A DNA stretch of 64,000 bases from Bdellovibrionota bacterium (lineage in GTDB: Bacteria; Bdellovibrionota_G; JALEGL01; DATDPG01), in NCBI GenBank assembly GCA_963668355.1, contig OY764265.1:1376001-1440000 (forward strand). Direction: 5' to 3'. The notes beneath the pieces are model-generated. The model was given only the letters and a program-made list of their open reading frames with translations, did not search any database and was not told the origin of the DNA. The translations under genes and the position numbers were made by a program. Within the stretch, counting starts at the first letter, position 1; each line of letters begins with the position of its first letter. This document shows positions 59,021 through 64,000 of the stretch, piece after piece.

Positions 59021-60043
59021 GTGAAAAGCTCATCAAATTCACGAAAAACCCAAATCATCGCCACATTGGGCCCCGCCTCTCGGACAAAGAATATGATTCT
59101 GGACTTGCGGAAACGAGGAGTGGATACCTTTCGAATCAATCTTTCGCATGGAAGTGCGGATCAGCATAAAAAGCTCATTCGTCGGGCGGCTGAATCAGGG
59201 GCAGATGTTCTGATTGATCTTCAAGGAGAAAAAATTCGGGTCGAAGGCGCACATCCCTCTCTTCCCTTGGATCTGAATCACGGAGAATCCGTGTGCCTTC
59301 GAGCCACGAGAAGTGAGAAGAAACCCTCTCACCCACAGATTTGGGTAGGGGAACGCGTTGATTTTTCCAAACTGAGCATTGGAAATCACGTTCTTTTGGA
59401 CGATGGAAACATCGTTCTTCGCGTAACGAAAGTACAACGTCATGGAGCCATTTGTGTTGTGGAGTCTCCCGGAAGACTTTTGCCCAGAAAAGGAGTTGCG
59501 CTACCCTCCAAGGCTTTGGAACCGGTCTTATTAACGGAGCGGGACCGCTTGAGTTTGGAAGAACTAAAAGGAGAGCCCTTCTCCTGGACGGCGGCTTCGT
59601 TTGTGCGAAACGCCAAACAGATCAAAGCACTTCGAGATCACTTAAGGTCCATGGGATCTTCTCTTCGAATCATGGCGAAGATTGAAGATAGCGATGGGGT
59701 TCAACATGCGGAGAGCATTTTAAATGTGGCGGATGGGCTTCTTGTGGCGCGGGGAGACCTGGGCGTGTCCATGCCTTTGTATGAGCTCCCATTTCTTCAG
59801 AAAAAATTGGTGGCGCTGGCCAAACGGAAGAAGAAGCCGGGGGTCGTTGCGACACAAATGTTGGAATCCATGATTAAGCATCAGCGTCCTACACGCGCAG
59901 AGGTCACTGACGTTGCCAACGCCGTGTTGGATGGGGCAAGCGCCGTCATGCTATCCGCCGAGACCGCTGTAGGAAAGTATCCCCGAGAAGCCGTTGAAAT
60001 GATGGCCAAGGTGATCGCCTACACGGAAAAAAAGATGAAATGA
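59021..60043 (+). CDS. pyk: Pyruvate kinase lacking the C-terminal domain
   Basis: IIATLGPAS, RINLSHG, AKIE, VARGDLG, ATQMLESM, PTRAEVTDVANA, MLSAETA. Confidence 0.92.
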   Translation: MKSSSNSRKTQIIATLGPASRTKNMILDLRKRGVDTFRINLSHGSADQHKKLIRRAAESGADVLIDLQGEKIRVEGAHPSLPLDLNHGESVCLRATRSEKKPSHPQIWVGERVDFSKLSIGNHVLLDDGNIVLRVTKVQRHGAICVVESPGRLLPRKGVALPSKALEPVLLTERDRLSLEELKGEPFSWTAASFVRNAKQIKALRDHLRSMGSSLRIMAKIEDSDGVQHAESILNVADGLLVARGDLGVSMPLYELPFLQKKLVALAKRKKKPGVVATQMLESMIKHQRPTRAEVTDVANAVLDGASAVMLSAETAVGKYPREAVEMMAKVIAYTEKKMK

Positions 60044-60066
60044 GATTCTCGCCGTACCCACGAAAC

Positions 60067-60105
60067 AAAAAGAAAAGACCCCACAAAAGTGGGGTCTTTT
60101 CTTTT
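60067..60105. terminator. Bidirectional intrinsic terminator between pyk and tRNA-Gln
   Basis: AAAAGAAAAGACCCCAC-AAAA-GTGGGGTCTTTTCTTTT. Confidence 0.85.
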
Positions 60106-60178
60106 GGCTCCGGGGCAAGGATTCGAACCTCGATAGGCAGAGTCAGAGTCTGCTGTCCTACCATTAGACGACCCCGGA
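60105..60178 (-). tRNA. tRNA-Gln(CTG)
   Basis: Acceptor TCCGGGG/CCCCGGA; anticodon arm GCAGA-CTCTGAC-TCTGC; GGTTCGAATCC; CCA. Confidence 0.95.
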
Positions 60179-60276
60179 ACGTCGCCCCTTTTAGAGCCAA
60201 ATGCCCCCTTCTGTCAATAATGGTTTGCGCTGGCTTGACAAGAGCCTGGCTCTGCCGTTAAAGAGCCCTCCACAGC

Positions 60277-60351
60277 GCTCCCATCGTCTAGCGGTTAGGA
60301 CGTAGCCCTCTCAAGGCTAAAACAGGGGTTCGATTCCCCTTGGGAGCGCCA
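60277..60351 (+). tRNA. tRNA-Glu(CTC)
   Basis: Acceptor GCTCCCA/TGGGAGC; anticodon arm TAGCC-CTCTCAA-GGCTA; T arm AGGGG-TTCGATT-CCCCT; CCA. Confidence 0.95.
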
Positions 60352-60428
60352 TTTGTAGCTACGTCGAACCCCGGAAGATCGTCAGTTGGACTTGAAGCCA
60401 TAGTAATGTAAACAGAAATTTGAACAAA

Positions 60429-60752
60429 ATGAGAAAACATCTAATCCTCGCAATAGTCCTGACGCTATCGAGCTGTGGAGATAATGGCGTCACAGCTCGA
60501 CAAGCTTGTGGAGACTTTTGCACTGCCATGGCTGATGCTTGCGGTTCAGATTCCACGTTCATCGAAGGCTGTACTCAATGTCTCTTGGATGCGAATGTCC
60601 CCGCGAATTCGTGCGAAAGCAGTACCCCGACTGAGGATAATCTTTCGAATGATGCGGAATGCGTGGCCCTGTTTGATGATGTTTTGTCAAACGGTACGTT
60701 TAACCAGGCATTCCCTCCAACCAGTTGCACGAATCTCCTTACTGCAAACTGA
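60429..60752 (+). CDS. Cysteine-rich lipoprotein
   Basis: Lipobox LSSC followed by 8 further Cys. Confidence 0.75.
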   Translation: MRKHLILAIVLTLSSCGDNGVTARQACGDFCTAMADACGSDSTFIEGCTQCLLDANVPANSCESSTPTEDNLSNDAECVALFDDVLSNGTFNQAFPPTSCTNLLTAN

Positions 60753-60902
60753 GATTAAAGGCATTCCGCTCAATAGGTTTGAGAGTTTTTTCACCTACGT
60801 CTGAAACGAATGTGGACAACATGGGATGGTCACAAACCGAGCGGTCATTAATTATATTGGGATGGCCCCCATGCCCTAGTTCGAGCATTTGGCTTGGAAA
60901 GC

Positions 60903-60918
60903 GAATACCCAGGAGCGC
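60903..60918 (+). repeat. Degenerate tRNA-Glu 3'-end remnant 1
   Basis: GAATACCCAGGAGCGC vs tRNA GATTCCCCTTGGGAGCGC; weakest copy. Confidence 0.4.
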
Positions 60919-60994
60919 ACATGAAGGGTATTTCTGAACGGATCCAAGGTGTCGTTTTGAGACTTTCAATGGAGATCGTTTTGGGGTAAGATTA

Positions 60995-61013
60995 TATAAG
61001 ATTTATTCTTATA
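60995..61013. promoter_or_regulatory. Putative antitoxin operator
   Basis: TATAAGA-N5-TCTTATA inverted repeat just upstream of the RBS of the RHH gene. Confidence 0.55.
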
Positions 61014-61030
61014 CACTCAAGAGGTGACTT

Positions 61031-61255
61031 ATGCCATCGTCGAAGACCATTACCATTTCCCTTCCCGCTCCTATGGGGAAAGAAATCGAAAAGGTTGCCA
61101 AGGAAGAACACCGCACCATCAGTGAATTGCTGCGCGAAGCCTTTAGACAGTATCAGGCCCAAAGAAATCTAGGCCGCCTCGCACAGGCCGGTCGTAAGGC
61201 GGCTAAGGCAAAAGGACTGACTCCCAAGGACTTTGGCGGCCCTTTTGAAGACTAA
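61031..61255 (+). CDS. Ribbon-helix-helix (CopG-like) antitoxin
   Basis: TITISLP...IEKVAKEEHRTISELLREAFRQY; GAGGT RBS. Confidence 0.88.
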   Translation: MPSSKTITISLPAPMGKEIEKVAKEEHRTISELLREAFRQYQAQRNLGRLAQAGRKAAKAKGLTPKDFGGPFED

Positions 61256-61679
61256 AGCGCCAATCCTTACAGCTTGCTTGGATTCCAATGTGATTATTTC
61301 TGGCATCGCGTTCGGCGGCAAGCCGTTGAAAGTTCTTGAACGGACGCTTTCGCGCAATTTCCTTCATGTTTCCGGGACCAACATCTTTGAGGAGGTACGA
61401 AAAAATCTCATCAGCAAACTGGTTCTCAACAAAGCCATGGTGGACCGGTTTCTGAACGACCTTTCGGATGTATCGACAGTCTTCGTGCCAAAGGGAGAAA
61501 CCAATTACATCGAAAATGAGCCCGATAATCTCGTATTGGAGGTAGCTCTCGCTGGTGGGTGCGACGTTCTAGTGACCGGCGACCGAAGACATTTGCTTCC
61601 CCTGTCGCCATTCCAGGGGATGATCATTGAGCCACCTTCTAAATTCCTTGCCCGGTTAGATGCGCTAAAAGGTTTGTAA
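61233..61679 (+). CDS. PIN-domain (VapC-like) toxin; start possibly TTG 61245
   Basis: LDSNVIISG, EEV, PDNLVLEVA, LVTGD..HLL; overlaps the antitoxin stop. Confidence 0.9.
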   Translation: MAALLKTKAPILTACLDSNVIISGIAFGGKPLKVLERTLSRNFLHVSGTNIFEEVRKNLISKLVLNKAMVDRFLNDLSDVSTVFVPKGETNYIENEPDNLVLEVALAGGCDVLVTGDRRHLLPLSPFQGMIIEPPSKFLARLDALKGL

Positions 61680-61726
61680 CCCATTATGAATGACCATAGA
61701 TGTAGGGTTCAATCAGCTACACGTCA

Positions 61727-61735
61727 GGAGCGCCA
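61727..61735 (+). repeat. tRNA-Glu 3'-end remnant 2
   Basis: GGAGCGCCA (last 9 nt of the tRNA), preceded by T-loop-like GGTTCAATC inside a TGTAG/CTACA stem. Confidence 0.65.
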
Positions 61736-61769
61736 AAAAAATGCCCCACACCCGTGGGGCATTTTTTTT
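61735..61769. terminator. Bidirectional intrinsic terminator
   Basis: A-run-TGCCCCAC-ACCC-GTGGGGCA-T-run. Confidence 0.85.
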
Positions 61770-61950
61770 GTTGGTCCTAAGAGGATGAGGGGCCCTTGTC
61801 AGGGGTGAGAATTTAGAGATTCTAGGAAGCGAAGCGACCGTAGAATGTCTTATGCCGGAGCGGGCGAAGCGCGATCCGGCACCCTTGGGACAGTTGAACC
61901 GGCAAGAGGTCTTGTAAGAACTCCAATTTTAACGAACGAATGTCAGGTGA

Positions 61951-62004
61951 GATTCCCCTCCTGTCACGCCATAGCTCGAAGAGCGACGGCGGATGGGAGC
62001 GCCA
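61951..62004 (+). repeat. tRNA-Glu 3'-end remnant 3, split by a 34-nt hairpin insertion
   Basis: GATTCCCCT (61951-61959) + 34 nt + TGGGAGCGCCA (61994-62004); the halves join to the exact last 20 nt of the tRNA. Confidence 0.85.
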
Positions 62005-62081
62005 TGCTATTTTTTGAGTAATTTCAAATGATTGAGTCGAGCGCTAAACGTTACTTTCAAACTAAAGGTTCTTCCCCACTC

Positions 62082-62735
62082 CTAGAGCTCGCCTTCCCAT
62101 TCTCCATAGAAACGTTCGATAAATTTTTCCATAAACTCGTGTCGCTCTTCGGCCATCCTTCTTCCAGCCACCGTGTTCATTCGATCCTTAAGCAGAAATA
62201 GCTTCTCGTAGAAATGATTTACTGTAGATGAGTTGTTCGATTTGTATTCGTCTTTTGTCATATTCAACCTCGGCTGAATGCCTGGATCATGCATAGCTCT
62301 TCCCTGATGACCCCCATAATTGAACGCTCTCCCAATGCCTATGGCTCCCAAGGCATCTAGCCTGTCGGCGTCTTGAACAACATCCAACTCCTTAGAATTA
62401 AACTTCTGTTCGTCTTTCTCCCCTTTAAACGAGACATGCGTCACGATTTGAACAACATCATTAATCGTAACTTTATCGACGTTGATTGCTTCAAGAAACT
62501 CTTTTGCCTTGCGCGGACCTATCTTTTCATCACCTCCGTAGAATTTGGAATCCGCGATATCGTGAAGCAACGCCCCTAATTCAACCACGAATGGATCGAC
62601 CTTCTCGTAACTCGCCAGAGCTTTAGCCGTTCTCCAAACACGATAAATATGCCACCAATCGTGTCCCCCTTCCGCATCTGCAAGTGATTCCCTCACAAAC
62701 TCAGCAGTCTTAGCGATTATGTCTTTTTCCCTCAT
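62082..62735 (-). CDS. HD-domain phosphohydrolase (YedJ/YpgQ-like)
   Basis: GHDWWHIYRV, LLHDIAD, VQDADRLDALGAIG, HFYEKL. Confidence 0.92.
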   Translation of the reverse strand: MREKDIIAKTAEFVRESLADAEGGHDWWHIYRVWRTAKALASYEKVDPFVVELGALLHDIADSKFYGGDEKIGPRKAKEFLEAINVDKVTINDVVQIVTHVSFKGEKDEQKFNSKELDVVQDADRLDALGAIGIGRAFNYGGHQGRAMHDPGIQPRLNMTKDEYKSNNSSTVNHFYEKLFLLKDRMNTVAGRRMAEERHEFMEKFIERFYGEWEGEL

Positions 62736-62769
62736 AAACCAAATCAAAGCATAGGTGCCCCAGGCCGCT

Positions 62770-62781
62770 TTGGGAGCGTCA
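62770..62781 (+). repeat. tRNA-Glu 3'-end remnant 4
   Basis: TTGGGAGCGTCA, 11/12 match to the tRNA end, in the short gap between the HD gene and hicB. Confidence 0.7.
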
Positions 62782-62788
62782 TCGGTCG

Positions 62789-63241
62789 CTACGCGCTTTC
62801 TTTCAATCCAGTCGTTAAAAGATCAATGGGGAAATTTGGAAAAGCCTGCAACAATTTTCGAACTGTATCCCATCGTGGATTTGCGGTTCGAGATGATTCC
62901 AGAAGCTGAAATGATCGCAATGGAATGCCCATGCGAGCGGCAGCTTTTCGTTGGGAAAGTTTGTTCGCGGCCCGTGCTGCACGCGTAGCAACAGCAAAAG
63001 CAATTGAAGGATTCACCTTGACCCTCTCAATATTCTTTCCACGAACCTTCTTTTTGGGAAGAGGAAAAACTAGACTGGGGTCTTCTCGCTCATCCAAATA
63101 AAGGTTAAGAGCCTCTTCCATGTTTCTTCGTAATTCTTTCAAAGTGTCTCCTTGGGTTACCGCGCCATCCAATTCGACGCATTCCGCCCAATATCCTCCT
63201 TCTTTCTTTCCGCCTTTATGGATTCTGAAATGATAAAACAT
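62789..63241 (-). CDS. hicB: HicB-family antitoxin with C-terminal HTH
   Basis: GGYWAEC.ELDG..TQGDTL.EL..NMEEAL; XRE-type HTH (LSQRKAAARMG). Confidence 0.9.
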   Translation of the reverse strand: MFYHFRIHKGGKKEGGYWAECVELDGAVTQGDTLKELRRNMEEALNLYLDEREDPSLVFPLPKKKVRGKNIERVKVNPSIAFAVATRAARAANKLSQRKAAARMGIPLRSFQLLESSRTANPRWDTVRKLLQAFPNFPIDLLTTGLKESA

Positions 63242-63249
63242 CGTGCTCC

Positions 63250-63432
63250 TTATCTCGTTTTCTCAAGCTTTTTTAACAAGTACCGTTCTGTTCCCTTTTT
63301 GAGTTCCGAATGCATTGGGATCGTTTCCCGATGCTCACCTTTTCGCACCCGAACATGACTCCCACTCTGCCTCACTTTCTTCCACCCCATCTTGAGATAG
63401 CGCTTCAGCATCTCTTTTCCACTGATCGGCAT
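63250..63432 (-). CDS. hicA: HicA-family mRNA interferase toxin
   Basis: GW..VRQSGSH, TIPMH.ELKKGT. Confidence 0.92.
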   Translation of the reverse strand: MPISGKEMLKRYLKMGWKKVRQSGSHVRVRKGEHRETIPMHSELKKGTERYLLKKLEKTR

Positions 63433-63442
63433 CTATACATAA

Positions 63443-63471
63443 AATATAGGTGACTAACTATAATTAGTCAA
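63443..63471 (-). promoter_or_regulatory. Sigma70 promoter of hicAB with overlapping palindromic operator
   Basis: TTGACT (63471-63466)-17 nt-TATATT (63448-63443); palindrome TGACTAACTATAATTAGTCA (63451-63470). Confidence 0.75.
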
Positions 63472-63584
63472 CCTTAATTTCCGTTTAAAATTTCCATCAT
63501 CTAAGAGGGAATTTTTTCAAATTAATGAATTTTTTGTTTTTATTACACTGTTAGCACTAGGCACTCAGTTCGAAAGTTGTCCAA

Positions 63585-63596
63585 TTGGGAGCGCCA
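63585..63596 (+). repeat. tRNA-Glu 3'-end remnant 5
   Basis: TTGGGAGCGCCA, 12/12 match, with GTTCGA at 63568-63573. Confidence 0.8.
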
Positions 63597-63621
63597 ACAA
63601 AAAAGGGCATCAAGCGTTTTC

Positions 63622-63993
63622 TCATCGATGCTTTATAAAAGGAATGATGGCGAGGAAATATCCGGGGACCACGCCCAATAAAACAGTCACCATGTATGTG
63701 AAACCCAAGGGTTTTCCGAAAAGTTTAAACACGGCAACCGAAACGAGTGTGGCGGTTAGTACAGCTGACAACAAAACCCAGACCGAAAGGTGTCCAGGCG
63801 TATTGTCGGCAAGGATATAGGACACGCCTCCAACCATTCCGGATACAAACCCGAGTCCAGCGATCAAGAGTGTGTAGGTCATGATGACCAAAGAATATCC
63901 ACAGTCTTTGCCTGCGACAACGGAAAATGAGGAAGGACTTCTACCAAAGATTGTTTGGGTAGCCGTTGGGAAAATCTCCCGTGTGGCAACCAT
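63622..63993 (-). CDS. Small membrane protein (about three TM helices); start uncertain, frame open to window edge
   Basis: Three hydrophobic segments ending in a basic C-terminus. Confidence 0.55.
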   Translation of the reverse strand: MVATREIFPTATQTIFGRSPSSFSVVAGKDCGYSLVIMTYTLLIAGLGFVSGMVGGVSYILADNTPGHLSVWVLLSAVLTATLVSVAVFKLFGKPLGFTYMVTVLLGVVPGYFLAIIPFIKHR

Positions 63994-64000
63994 CGCAATC

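Larger units (their letters stand above)
60352..64000 (+). mobile_element. tRNA-Glu-anchored accessory region subdivided by tRNA-3'-end direct repeats
   Basis: Five intergenic same-strand remnants of the tRNA 3' end separate TA pairs and small orphan genes; no integrase in window. Confidence 0.7.

Noticed and set aside
61780..62004. Intact second tRNA-Glu or intron-containing tRNA
   Set aside because: Only T-arm and acceptor 3' pieces are present; no 5' acceptor strand, D arm or anticodon arm could be found.
60352..64000. CRISPR array or classical integron
   Set aside because: Repeats are short, degenerate, tRNA-derived and hundreds of bp apart; there are no cas or intI genes and no recognisable attC core-site pairs.

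Overview
This is bacterial chromosomal DNA. The gene content (Hanks-type kinase, MYXO-CTERM-like sorting tail, AglB-like oligosaccharyltransferase, multiheme cytochromes) suggests a deltaproteobacterial/Bdellovibrionota-like organism; that placement is inference. From left to right: a surface-polysaccharide block (two NAD-dependent epimerases, GT2, GT4, wecB); housekeeping genes (acpS-yicC-gmk-rpoZ, pgk-tpiA-secG); an acyl-CoA operon (thiolase-hbd-crt-ACAD-B12 mutase with isobutyryl-CoA-mutase residues-ACAD-exbBD-acetoacetate-CoA ligase); diguanylate cyclase-xseAB-rimK-like-dnaJ-like; tRNA-Arg; a matrixin pair; gltX; an STT3/AglB-like OST; treT-like-mtgA-pyk; tRNA-Gln and tRNA-Glu. Two regions stand out. 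(1) An 8-gene minus-strand operon at 43733-56050 carries 20 CxxCH motifs: a hydrazine-synthase-alpha-like lipoprotein, an FG-GAP/ASPIC protein, a fusion of two c554-like domains with a propeller and an HZS-gamma-like diheme domain, a propeller lipoprotein, two orphan solute-binding proteins, an OTR-family multiheme and a cytochrome b. (2) Downstream of tRNA-Glu(CTC), small cargo units (Cys-rich lipoprotein, RHH-PIN TA pair, HD hydrolase, HicAB, membrane protein) are each delimited by a same-strand remnant of the tRNA 3' end (core GGAGCGCCA), with no integrase in view. All family calls come from motif recognition by eye; no searches were run.
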